NCBI GenBank assembly: GCA_026416665.1 | Contig: JAOAET010000014.1 | Location: 557 to 64,556 of the forward strand | Direction of reading: 5' to 3' | DNA: 64,000 nucleotides | Source: Candidatus Omnitrophota bacterium | GTDB taxonomy: Bacteria; Omnitrophota; Gorgyraeia; Gygaellales; Profunditerraquicolaceae | Shown: one piece after another, positions 55,709-64,000 of the stretch | Layout of the letters: each line of letters starts with the position of its first letter | Numbering within the stretch: the stretch's first letter is position 1 | Program-made: the position numbers and the translations under genes | Notes under the pieces: model-generated | What the model was told of the DNA's origin: nothing | What the model saw: only the letters and a program-made list of their open reading frames with translations | Databases searched by the model: none

Positions 55709-56569
55709 TCATGCACGAGGATGAGCATGGTCGTAAATATTCTTTAGCTTCTCTGTGGTAAGGTGAGTATAAATCTGAGTTGTCGATAGATTCGCATGGC
55801 CTAAAAGTTCCTGCACAGTGCGTAAATCTGCGCCTCGGTTAAGCAAATGGGTAGCAAAACTGTGGCGCAAGGTATGTGCAGATACTCCTTTTTGAATGCC
55901 CACTATTCTAATATACTTGGCCACAATATTACGAACCCCTCGGTCCGTAAGACGCCTGCCTGCGCGATTTAAAAAAAGAGCAGACGACTGTTTTTTACGA
56001 TTTGTAAGATAGTTTCTGATTGCTTCTAGTGCCTTGTCTCCAATAGGCACAATACGCTCTTTTTTACCTTTACCTTTTACTTTAATAATACCCCCTATAG
56101 CATCTACATCCTCAACATCTAAACCTACTAGCTCACTAATGCGAATACCTGAGGAGTAAAAGGTCTCTAGAATAGCTCTGTCACGTAAACCTTGCTCATC
56201 TTTAGGAATAATTGCTTCAAGCAGACGAAACATCTCCTCCTCTGTCAGAAACTTAGGTAAACGCCGTTCTATCTTAGGACTTGCCACACTAGCAATAGGA
56301 TTACTCGCTAGTAGCCCTTCGCGAACAAGGAACTTAAAAAATGACCTCAGACAAGACAAATGTCTACAAATAGTGCGATTAGAGGCATTTTTTGCTTTCA
56401 GAGCTGCTAAATAACGCCGAATGGTTAAGTAATCAACACTACTGAGTGGTTGATTGGCCAAAAATTTAAAAAAGTCTTCTAAATCTAGTGAGTAATTAAC
56501 AATGGTGTGTTTTGAATAGTTGCGCTCAATCTCAAGATATCTTAAAAATTTTTCAACTAACCTGTCCAT
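55709..56569 (-). CDS. xerC: Tyrosine recombinase XerC
   Basis: RDRAILETFYSSGIRISEL, HTLRHSFATHLL, LLGHANLSTTQIYTH and HPRA end; topA/dprA context. Confidence 0.88.
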   Translation of the reverse strand: MDRLVEKFLRYLEIERNYSKHTIVNYSLDLEDFFKFLANQPLSSVDYLTIRRYLAALKAKNASNRTICRHLSCLRSFFKFLVREGLLASNPIASVASPKIERRLPKFLTEEEMFRLLEAIIPKDEQGLRDRAILETFYSSGIRISELVGLDVEDVDAIGGIIKVKGKGKKERIVPIGDKALEAIRNYLTNRKKQSSALFLNRAGRRLTDRGVRNIVAKYIRIVGIQKGVSAHTLRHSFATHLLNRGADLRTVQELLGHANLSTTQIYTHLTTEKLKNIYDHAHPRA

Positions 56570-58547
56570 CTTTCGTCGCCAAATCTGGATTTTCCTCAGG
56601 TAAATTTTTAGTTATATAAGTACATTTTGGATACTGGGAACAGCCATAAAAGTAACCTTTTGGTGACCTACGCTGAACTAACTGTCCATTACAGCCTGGT
56701 TGTGGACATTTTATCCCCGTAGAAATGGATTTAGAAAATTTACATTCTGGAAAGCCCGAACAACTTAAAAATTTACCCTTTTTACCCCATTTTATGACTA
56801 GGGGTCTGCCGCATTTCTCACAAATCTGCTGGGTAAGAACTACTTCTTTTTGCATATTTTGTGCAGCAAAATCAAAACTTGCTTTAAAAGGTGCATAAAA
56901 ATCATTTAGGACTTTTAGACGATCGAGTGTCCCTTCCTCAATGGCATCTAATTCCTCTTCCATTGCCGCGGTGAATTTAACATCCATAATCTCAGGGAAA
57001 AAGTGAATAAGCATTTCCGTTACTTTCATCCCTAGTTCGGTGGGGTGGAGGTAGCCTTTTACACGGTGGACATATCCACGCTGAATAAGTGTAGAGATAA
57101 TTGGGGCATAAGTTGAAGGCCGCCCTATGCCCTCTTCTTCTAAAACTTTTACTAAAGAACTATCCGAAAAACGTGCAGGTGGTTTAGTAAAATGTTCTGA
57201 AGGTAAAAGCTCTAACAATTGCAAGACTTCTCCTTCTTCTAACAAAGGCAAAGGAGGACGTTTGTTTGTATCTTCGCTTTGAGGATAAATTCTTAAAAAG
57301 CCGTCAAAGATAAGTTCGCTTGCTGTGCCATAAAAAAGATAATCTCCTGCCTTTATTTCTACCGATGTCTGTTTAAAACGTGCTGGTCTCATCTGGCTGG
57401 CCATAAATCTTCGGTAAATAAGTTCATATAACCTATATTGGTCATCATTAAGGTATTTACGGACTTTATCTGGAGTTAGAGTTGGTCTGGTGGGTCTTAT
57501 TGCCTCATGTGCTTCTTGAGCAAATTTCTTATTTTTATATACTGGTGGTTCTTCGGGTAGATAATTAATGCCGTAATTATCTAAAATAAACTTCCGTGCC
57601 TCTTCTACTGCTTCAGGTGCAAGATTAGTTGAGTCTGTGCGCATATAGGTAATAAGCCCAATAGGAGTTTCTTCTGCTATATCAATGCCTTCGTAAAGCT
57701 GTTGGGCAATAAGCATAGTCTTTACTGCATTAAACCGTAGTTTATTAAATGCCTCCTGCTGTAAAGTACTAGTGGTAAAAGGTGGCTCAGGATAGCGGTT
57801 CTTTTCTTGGTATTTTACTTCCTGAACAATAAACTGGCATTTTTCTAATTCTTCACAAATAGCCAATGCCTGATCCTTTGTTTTTATCTCTAACTTCTCG
57901 GAATTTTTCTTTTCAAGTTTGGCTATAAAATCTTTTTCATCTGTTTCCTTTTTTTTTAATCTTGCCTCAATTTGCCAATATTGTTGTGGAATAAATGCCT
58001 GAATTAACTTCTCGCGTTCTACAATAAGACGTAAAGCCACAGACTGGACTCTACCTGCACTTAAACCCCTAGCAACCTTTTTCCATAACAAAGGGCTCAG
58101 GTAATAACCCACAATACGATCCAGAATCCGACGAGCAATTTGAGCCTCTACCATCTTAGAATCAAAATCCCGCGGATGAGTAAAAGCCTCTCTCACTGCC
58201 TCGGAAGTAATCTGATGGAAAGTAACTCGTTTGACATCTTTGTCTTTTAGAATCTCTTCTTTGATGTGCCAACCAATCGCTTCTCCTTCGCGGTCAGGAT
58301 CAGTAGCAATATAAACTTTTTCTACATCACTTGCGCTCTTTTTTAACTGATTTAGAATCTTCTTTTTCCCTGGAAGGACATTGTAGGAAGGAATAAAACC
58401 TCTTGGTATATCTACTCCTAACGTCTTTTCAGGCAAATCTATTACGTGCCCCATAGAGGCTAAAACCTGATAGTTTTTACCTAAGATTCTACTTATGGTT
58501 TTTGCCTTCGTAGGTGACTCAACAATCACAAGACTTTTTTCTGCCAC
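56553..58547 (-). CDS. topA: DNA topoisomerase I
   Basis: IVESPTKAKTI, ATDPDREGEAI, SAGRVQS, ITYMRTDS and C-terminal zinc ribbons. Confidence 0.96.
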   Translation of the reverse strand: MAEKSLVIVESPTKAKTISRILGKNYQVLASMGHVIDLPEKTLGVDIPRGFIPSYNVLPGKKKILNQLKKSASDVEKVYIATDPDREGEAIGWHIKEEILKDKDVKRVTFHQITSEAVREAFTHPRDFDSKMVEAQIARRILDRIVGYYLSPLLWKKVARGLSAGRVQSVALRLIVEREKLIQAFIPQQYWQIEARLKKKETDEKDFIAKLEKKNSEKLEIKTKDQALAICEELEKCQFIVQEVKYQEKNRYPEPPFTTSTLQQEAFNKLRFNAVKTMLIAQQLYEGIDIAEETPIGLITYMRTDSTNLAPEAVEEARKFILDNYGINYLPEEPPVYKNKKFAQEAHEAIRPTRPTLTPDKVRKYLNDDQYRLYELIYRRFMASQMRPARFKQTSVEIKAGDYLFYGTASELIFDGFLRIYPQSEDTNKRPPLPLLEEGEVLQLLELLPSEHFTKPPARFSDSSLVKVLEEEGIGRPSTYAPIISTLIQRGYVHRVKGYLHPTELGMKVTEMLIHFFPEIMDVKFTAAMEEELDAIEEGTLDRLKVLNDFYAPFKASFDFAAQNMQKEVVLTQQICEKCGRPLVIKWGKKGKFLSCSGFPECKFSKSISTGIKCPQPGCNGQLVQRRSPKGYFYGCSQYPKCTYITKNLPEENPDLATKDGQVS

Positions 58548-59640
58548 TTTCTCTCCTGTAAACTAAACCCTTTTCAGAGGTAGAAATTAATCCTTTTAGC
58601 TCTAACTGGAATAGAACACTACAAATCTCTGGAACAGTTTTACCAGTAGAAGCTACTAATTCATCAATAGTTGTAGGTTTGGCAGATATTATATTATATA
58701 AATGGAGCTGAAAGCAAGATAATCCTTTGTTTGCTTCCTCATCGGTTATTTTATTTAACTGTGTTACTTGTTTAAGGGAAGGCAGTTCTTCAAGAATATC
58801 TTGGACACAAATCACCAATTTTGCCCCTTGCTGAATAAGCAAATTGCAACCAAGGTAATGGGCTTGGTCAATATTACCAGGTAATACAAATACCTCTCTT
58901 GCTTGCTCTAAGGCATAATCTGCGGTAATTAATGCCCCGCTATTTCTTGCTGCCTCAACTATCAATACCCCTAAAGATAACCCACTTATTATTCTGTTTC
59001 TTCTAGGAAAATTATTTTTAAACGGCGGACAATTAAGTGGAAATTCTGAAATAACTGCTCCAGATTCTGCAATACGTGCGGCTAAAGCTATATTTTCTTT
59101 TGGATAGATGTTAGCTAGACCACTTCCCAAAACTCCAACGGTCCTACCCTTTACTTTTAAGGCAGCAATATGGCTGGCGGTATCAATCCCCCGTGCAAGA
59201 CCAGAGATAATAGTAATCTGCATTTGGGCCAATTCTGCAGCAAACTCATTGGCATAGCGCAAACCTAACAAACTGGCATTGCGGCAGCCTACTATGGCAA
59301 TACTACGTATATCACTATCTAATATTGCACCTTTCATATATAAAACTACAGGTGCATCTTCAATAAAATGCAAATTAGTAGGGTATTCTGGTTCATTATA
59401 AGTAATAATCTTAATATCTCTTTTTTTAGCTAAAGATAGCTCCAGAGAAACTTCTTGTTCCTTAAGGGTAGCAAGTTTTTCTGCTAAATGTAAATCTATC
59501 TTGGCCAGCTGTTCTGGATTTTTCCGACAAGCAAATAAAATCTCCTTTGCTGAACCAAATACCTCCAATAATGGCTTTAGACGACTGACAGTAATTAGTC
59601 CAGTCAAATTAAGCGCAACCAAAGCCTCTTTTTCTTCCAT
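58519..59640 (-). CDS. dprA: DNA-processing protein DprA
   Basis: ISGLARGIDT, FPRRNRIISGLS, SGALITA, REVF and a C-terminal wHTH. Confidence 0.94.
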   Translation of the reverse strand: MEEKEALVALNLTGLITVSRLKPLLEVFGSAKEILFACRKNPEQLAKIDLHLAEKLATLKEQEVSLELSLAKKRDIKIITYNEPEYPTNLHFIEDAPVVLYMKGAILDSDIRSIAIVGCRNASLLGLRYANEFAAELAQMQITIISGLARGIDTASHIAALKVKGRTVGVLGSGLANIYPKENIALAARIAESGAVISEFPLNCPPFKNNFPRRNRIISGLSLGVLIVEAARNSGALITADYALEQAREVFVLPGNIDQAHYLGCNLLIQQGAKLVICVQDILEELPSLKQVTQLNKITDEEANKGLSCFQLHLYNIISAKPTTIDELVASTGKTVPEICSVLFQLELKGLISTSEKGLVYRRESGRKKSCDC

Positions 59641-59725
59641 CTCGATAATCCTTTCTATAAATTAAAAGACGTTTGTCTGGCAATAATCTCACTATATCCG
59701 AACAATACTTTAATCTTTAGATAAC

Positions 59726-60226
59726 CTATAGATTCAACTTCCGTAGGATTTGACAAGCTACCTCATAAGGAGTAATATCAGAGGTATCTATAGATAAATC
59801 TGCCTGTGCATAAAAAGGTTGGCGTTGTTGAAGTAATTGTCTTATTTTCTCCTCTGGGTTATCCACTAGTAACAAAGGACGATGCCCAAGTCCTCTTGTG
59901 CGTTCTAGGATCACTGGAATACGCGCAGTTAAACAAACCATTATTCCAGTTTTTTTCATTAAGGCAATGTTTTCAGGGTCAAGAACAATGCCTCCACCAC
60001 AAGAGATAATCTGATTTTTTTGCTGAGCAACTTCTTTAAGTATTTGTTTTTCTATTTTTCGAAAATACGGTTCTCCTTTTTCTTTAAATATCTCAACAAT
60101 AAGCTTGCCCTCTCTTTGCTCAATAAGCTGGTCTAAATCAAGAGGAGGCCATTGCTTAAGCTGGGCAAGCTGGCGGGCAACCACGCTCTTGCCTGTTCCC
60201 ATAAACCCAGTTAGATAGATATTCAT
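59726..60226 (-). CDS. aroK: Shikimate kinase
   Basis: GFMGTGKS, GEPYFRKIE, SCGGG and RPLL. Confidence 0.94.
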   Translation of the reverse strand: MNIYLTGFMGTGKSVVARQLAQLKQWPPLDLDQLIEQREGKLIVEIFKEKGEPYFRKIEKQILKEVAQQKNQIISCGGGIVLDPENIALMKKTGIMVCLTARIPVILERTRGLGHRPLLLVDNPEEKIRQLLQQRQPFYAQADLSIDTSDITPYEVACQILRKLNL

Positions 60227-60239
60227 ACCACTAACAAAG

Positions 60240-60291
60240 CAGTTGTCTTGCTGGCGTCATTACTAATTGCTACACCAGCAAAAAACAACTG
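60240..60291 (-). other. Long intergenic stem-loop between spoVG and aroK
   Basis: CAGTTGTT-TT-TTGCTGGTGT...ACGCCAGCAA-GACAACTG. Confidence 0.6.
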
Positions 60292-60322
60292 ATTAAAAAC
60301 TCTGGCCTTGATTAATCCCTGC

Positions 60323-60580
60323 TTACTGCTGATAAGCCTCCAACACCACTTCCTGTAATAACTTCTGCGCTTCTTTAGTTGCGGCAAAAAAACTGTTATA
60401 CCACTTGCCATCTTTTGCTTTCTCTTGAGGCATAGACAGAAACAGTCCGTTTTTACCCTCTAAAATCTTCAATCCCTTAACAATAAAATCTCCTATTGCA
60501 ATATCCACAAAGGCCTTGATTTTAGAGCCACCATCAATACGATACAGTCTTACTACCTGAATACTACATACTTCGTTCAT
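60323..60580 (-). CDS. spoVG: SpoVG family nucleic-acid-binding protein
   Basis: IKAFVDIAIGDFIVKGLKILEGKNGLFLSMP..VLEAY; ATG 60580 follows GGAGGTGA. Confidence 0.9.
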   Translation of the reverse strand: MNEVCSIQVVRLYRIDGGSKIKAFVDIAIGDFIVKGLKILEGKNGLFLSMPQEKAKDGKWYNSFFAATKEAQKLLQEVVLEAYQQ

Positions 60581-60586
60581 CTTTAT

Positions 60587-60620
60587 CACCTCCTTTACTT
60601 ATATAGACGTAAAGGAGACA
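60587..60620 (-). promoter_or_regulatory. SD-sequestering hairpin in the spoVG leader
   Basis: CTCCTTTAC-10 nt-GTAAAGGAG, a perfect 9-bp stem covering the SD. Confidence 0.6.
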
Positions 60621-60660
60621 ACAATCTAACTTTTTTTAAAGTCTTTATCAAAAAAAATCC

Positions 60661-61701
60661 CTATCGAATTCTACGTAAGTAAAACTGGTATGCTTTTTTT
60701 ATATCAGAAAGAACATCTGCACCAAACTTTTCTAGCAAGGCATCCGCTAACACGAATGCAACTACAGACTCTGCCACCACACCAGCAGATTGAACCGCAC
60801 AGACATCTGAACGCTCAGTAGCTGCTTTAGCAGGCTTGTTGGTGGATACATTCACCGAATTTAGGGGATTCATTAAGGTGGCTATTGGTTTCATACAACA
60901 AGACAGATGTATATCTTCACCATTAGAGATACCTCCTTCAATGCCACCGGCATTATTGGTCAAACGGAAATATCCTTTCTTTTTGTTATAGTAAATAGCA
61001 TCGTGTACCTGGGAGCCAAAACGCTTGGCATAACCAAAACCTAAACCAATTTCTACTGCTTTAATTCCGGGTATAGCCATCAATGCCCCAGCAAGTCGAC
61101 CATCAAGCCTTCGGTCAGGATGTACATAACTACCTAATCCCGCTGGTACATTATGACAACATATCTGAAAAGTCCCCCCCACTGTATCATTACGTTGCAT
61201 AGCTTGTTTAATTTTCTCAATACGTTCTTTCAAACTGGTAGCTCCTCCAATAGAAGTGACTGTGCTGTTTATAGAAATATTAAATTCTTTAAGTAAAAGT
61301 TTACATACCGCACCTATTGCTACAGTGGCAGCTGTGCTACGGGCAGAAGCTCGTTCAAGACATTCCCGTATATCACTAAAACCATACTTAAGATAACCTG
61401 CAAGGTCCGCATGCCCTGGTCTGGGACAGAACACAGGATGTAAGGTTTCAATACTAAAGTCTTTATTATGAATTATCATTGCAATAGGACTGGCTAAAGT
61501 CTTTTGTGCCTTAAGCCCTGAAAATATCTCTGCTGTATCATGTTCAATCTTCATTCGAGCTCCTCTTCCAAATCCCATTTGTCTGCGCCTAAGTTCTGCG
61601 TTGATAAAATCTACATCAATGCGCAACCCCGCAGGTAAACCCTCTAAAATTGCAATTAAGCCTTTTCCATGCGACTCCCCAGCAGTAAGGTATCTTAACA
61701 T
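60661..61701 (-). CDS. aroC: Chorismate synthase
   Basis: TAGESHG, RPGHAD, ERASARSTA, NNAGGIEGGISNG, MKPIATL and ERSDVC; ATG 61701 follows GGAGGAGG. Confidence 0.95.
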   Translation of the reverse strand: MLRYLTAGESHGKGLIAILEGLPAGLRIDVDFINAELRRRQMGFGRGARMKIEHDTAEIFSGLKAQKTLASPIAMIIHNKDFSIETLHPVFCPRPGHADLAGYLKYGFSDIRECLERASARSTAATVAIGAVCKLLLKEFNISINSTVTSIGGATSLKERIEKIKQAMQRNDTVGGTFQICCHNVPAGLGSYVHPDRRLDGRLAGALMAIPGIKAVEIGLGFGYAKRFGSQVHDAIYYNKKKGYFRLTNNAGGIEGGISNGEDIHLSCCMKPIATLMNPLNSVNVSTNKPAKAATERSDVCAVQSAGVVAESVVAFVLADALLEKFGADVLSDIKKAYQFYLRRIR

Positions 61702-61810
61702 ACTTACCTCCTCCATATTTATCTTCTGAATTTTAGAAAAAATCTTTGGTTTATTTCCACAGCCACAGCTAATGTTATAGACGTTATCTTTAAAACAGTT
61801 TTATCTCTAC

Positions 61811-62401
61811 TTATTCTTCAGCCCATAGTCCTCGTTTACTTTCCCGTGCCTCTTTATATAATTGTCTAAATAAATCAACATACTTTACGTTCGGCGGATA
61901 GGTTAATAGATTAGCATAGCCTTGCTTGATTATTTCGGCATTTACAAATGTCCCGTCAGGCAAAAAGACATAGGCCAAAAGACGACCATAACGGTCTGTT
62001 TTTTCGATATCAAACTCAAGGCGCACGCGTTTTCCTTCAACTAACTGGCGAGTAAAAGCAAAGGACTTTTGACCAAGCTGCTTAATAGTCCTTATATCTT
62101 TCCCTGAACGCTGACTGTCTTTATATAATTTAGTTGATTCGTGAATTTCTGGTGTATCAATTCCAATTAAGCGTAATCTCTGCCCGTTTTCTAAAACTAA
62201 AGTGTCACCATCAACTACTCGTATGACCAGAATATTATCATAGGAATAACTTTTGCCCCAAGGAATACCTATTTTTGCTTCGCCTCTTCCACCTACTTCA
62301 CCTGAACAACCGCAAAAAGTCAAACTTATCACTAAGCATATAATAAAAAGTTTATTTGTCAGTTTATATCTTTCTATGCTTCTATCAGCCTTTTTTTTCA
62401 T
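61811..62401 (-). CDS. Thermonuclease (SNase-like), probable lipoprotein
   Basis: RVVDGDT, RLIGIDTPE, DRYGRLLAYV and GLW; N-terminal hydrophobic segment with Cys. Confidence 0.9.
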   Translation of the reverse strand: MKKKADRSIERYKLTNKLFIICLVISLTFCGCSGEVGGRGEAKIGIPWGKSYSYDNILVIRVVDGDTLVLENGQRLRLIGIDTPEIHESTKLYKDSQRSGKDIRTIKQLGQKSFAFTRQLVEGKRVRLEFDIEKTDRYGRLLAYVFLPDGTFVNAEIIKQGYANLLTYPPNVKYVDLFRQLYKEARESKRGLWAEE

Positions 62402-62422
62402 AAGAAACTATTTTTGTAAAAA

Positions 62423-62983
62423 TTAAATCTTTTGTGCAATAAAACCAGCCAAAACCGCAATATCCTCAGTACAGAAAACTTGGGAAATATTTTGGTCAAA
62501 AAGCATATTTACCTCAGCAGGCAATTCCTCATCTTCACCCCAAATCTCTATTAAAACAGGTACCTCTGGAAACACCTCTAACCTAATGGCTGCATCCGCT
62601 TGTTTGACTTTTTCACCAGGCAAGTGCTTTAAACAGTTATATAGGTCAAGCGGATTATGTCCAAACTTGTCAATTAGAGAAAGTAACACCCGCCTTCGAA
62701 AAGCGGGGTAGTAACTGTCGCCACCTGGTAACTCACGAAATGATATCCACTGCCCCGTTATCTTAGGTAATCCCGCTATTTTCCTTAAAAGGTAATGAAT
62801 TATTAGAAGTGACAACCACTGTTTGGCTACTTCTCTACCATTACACACTAACTCTAAGTTAGGTTTAACCCAATATTTCTCTCCGAGGAAAATCACCACA
62901 AACTCTTTAGTACTTTGCTGTCTCTTCTTAAGTAAATCAATAAGAGTATTCCAGGAATTCTTAAGCGCTATTTCATACCCCAT
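62423..62983 (-). CDS. DUF3786-like protein
   Basis: WISFRELPGGDSYYPAF, WGEDEELPAEVNMLFD and TEDIAVL. Confidence 0.75.
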   Translation of the reverse strand: MGYEIALKNSWNTLIDLLKKRQQSTKEFVVIFLGEKYWVKPNLELVCNGREVAKQWLSLLIIHYLLRKIAGLPKITGQWISFRELPGGDSYYPAFRRRVLLSLIDKFGHNPLDLYNCLKHLPGEKVKQADAAIRLEVFPEVPVLIEIWGEDEELPAEVNMLFDQNISQVFCTEDIAVLAGFIAQKI

Positions 62984-63130
62984 AAAATTATTCTACTCTT
63001 TTTATTAGATAAATCAACGGTTTTACATTATAATAGTGAAAGATTAAAAGCAAGAACACTTAATTAAGTGTTATGAACAGAATGCTTATCTTCGTTTTAA
63101 ATATCTGCGAGTAACAGAACGACAAAGACT

Positions 63131-64000
63131 ATGCTCTACGACAAATTTCAGCAAGAAGCAATTAATGCCATTAATAATGGTTTATCCGTATTAGTATCTG
63201 CTCCTACCGGCGCAGGAAAAACAGCTATTGCTGAACATGTCATTCAAAATTGTCTCGATAAAGGGGTAGGTTGTATCTACACCGCGCCCATTAAAGCACT
63301 TTCTAACCAAAAGTTCAGAGACTTTCAACAGCAATATCACGATAATATCGGCATACTTACAGGAGATGTTTGTCTCAATTCTAATGCACCAGTATTAATT
63401 ATGACCACTGAGATTTTTCGCAATAAAATATTGGATGAACCAGAAAGCCTTAAACCATATCATTGGATTATCTTTGATGAAATTCACTATATTGACAATT
63501 ACGAACGAGGCACTGTCTGGGAAGAGGCGCTAATGTTTTTACCAAAACATATGAACTTTTTGGGGTTATCTGCCACTATCCCAAATTGTAAAGAGTTAGC
63601 TAATTGGCTGGAGACTATTCATCAAAGACCTGTTGCAGTAATTATTGAAAATAAACGACCAGTGCCATTGCATTTCTTCTTTCAATATAACAACCAGATT
63701 GTAGATAAAATAAATCTTTTGCGACGCACACATCTAGTTAAACCTAATCGGCTACACACACTTATTGAATACATCCGGAATAAACAAGGGTTACCTTGCA
63801 TTTATTTTGTCTTTGGCAGACGCCGAACCGAAGAACTTGCCTGTGAACTGTCAACTTACAATTTCTTGAATAAAGAAGAGCAAGAGAGTATTGAAAAGAT
63901 GTTCTTTGAACTTTGTCAAAAGTTTGAGTTAACTTATGAAAAAAGTACCCAATTATTGTATCCTCTAATTAAACGCGGTATTGCCTATCATCATGCAGGG
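63131..64000 (+). CDS. Ski2/HelY-like DEAD/DEAH-box helicase, truncated by the window end
   Basis: Translated by hand: MLYDKFQQEAI..SAPTGAGKT..YTAPIKALSNQK..LTGD..MTTEIFRN..FDEIHY..LSAT..RGIAYHHAG. Confidence 0.9.
   Translation, partial: MLYDKFQQEAINAINNGLSVLVSAPTGAGKTAIAEHVIQNCLDKGVGCIYTAPIKALSNQKFRDFQQQYHDNIGILTGDVCLNSNAPVLIMTTEIFRNKILDEPESLKPYHWIIFDEIHYIDNYERGTVWEEALMFLPKHMNFLGLSATIPNCKELANWLETIHQRPVAVIIENKRPVPLHFFFQYNNQIVDKINLLRRTHLVKPNRLHTLIEYIRNKQGLPCIYFVFGRRRTEELACELSTYNFLNKEEQESIEKMFFELCQKFELTYEKSTQLLYPLIKRGIAYHHAG

Noticed and set aside
55709-56569. Tyrosine recombinase as a prophage or island integrase
   Set aside because: It has XerC-type length and HPRA terminus, sits in the housekeeping dprA-topA-xerC order, and has no att sites or mobile genes nearby.
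3318-62983. Numerous 60-130 aa ORFs antisense to or nested in long genes (e.g. 3318-3500, 14536-14922, 54991-55377, 60223-60411)
   Set aside because: They are shadows of well-supported genes and have no motifs or RBS.
61811-64000. Nuclease plus helicase as an anti-phage defence system
   Set aside because: The genes are divergent and separated by another gene, the nuclease looks exported, and the helicase is truncated, so no defence architecture can be supported.

Overview
AT-rich chromosomal window from a diderm anaerobe, with almost all genes on the minus strand. The gene set resembles Ca. Omnitrophota/PVC-type genomes, but this is an inference I cannot confirm here. Bases 1-22.8 kb are a type IV pilus/T2SS-like locus in two minus-strand operons. 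Operon A (22800->9806) holds four pilins, PilMN, PilO, a PilP/GspB-like protein, a secretin, a coiled-coil protein, a TPR protein, PilB, PilC and a PilB-N1/PilZ fusion. Operon B (9620->5) holds a small MerR/BldC-like HTH, a PilP/GspB-like protein, a HEXXH protease, a secretin split into two separately exported genes, three related exported coiled-coil proteins and a second PilB. The rest of the window contains two divergent ComFB-CheR fusions, a tetrameric [FeFe]-hydrogenase, an FMN glutamate-synthase-family gene, an LPS cluster with unusual fusions, a GH94 phosphorylase, a lexA-small ORF-dinB cassette, copA, waaA, xerC-topA-dprA, aroK-spoVG-aroC and a truncated Ski2-like helicase. There are three main candidate novelties. 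(1) The first prepilin has a 56-aa leader that is a degenerate copy of the MerR-like HTH heading operon B, and both promoters carry 10-bp repeats in the same register. (2) The second secretin is split inside an N domain. (3) That secretin's tail shares a coiled-coil motif with two of the downstream rod proteins. I saw no rRNA, tRNA, CRISPR array or mobile element.
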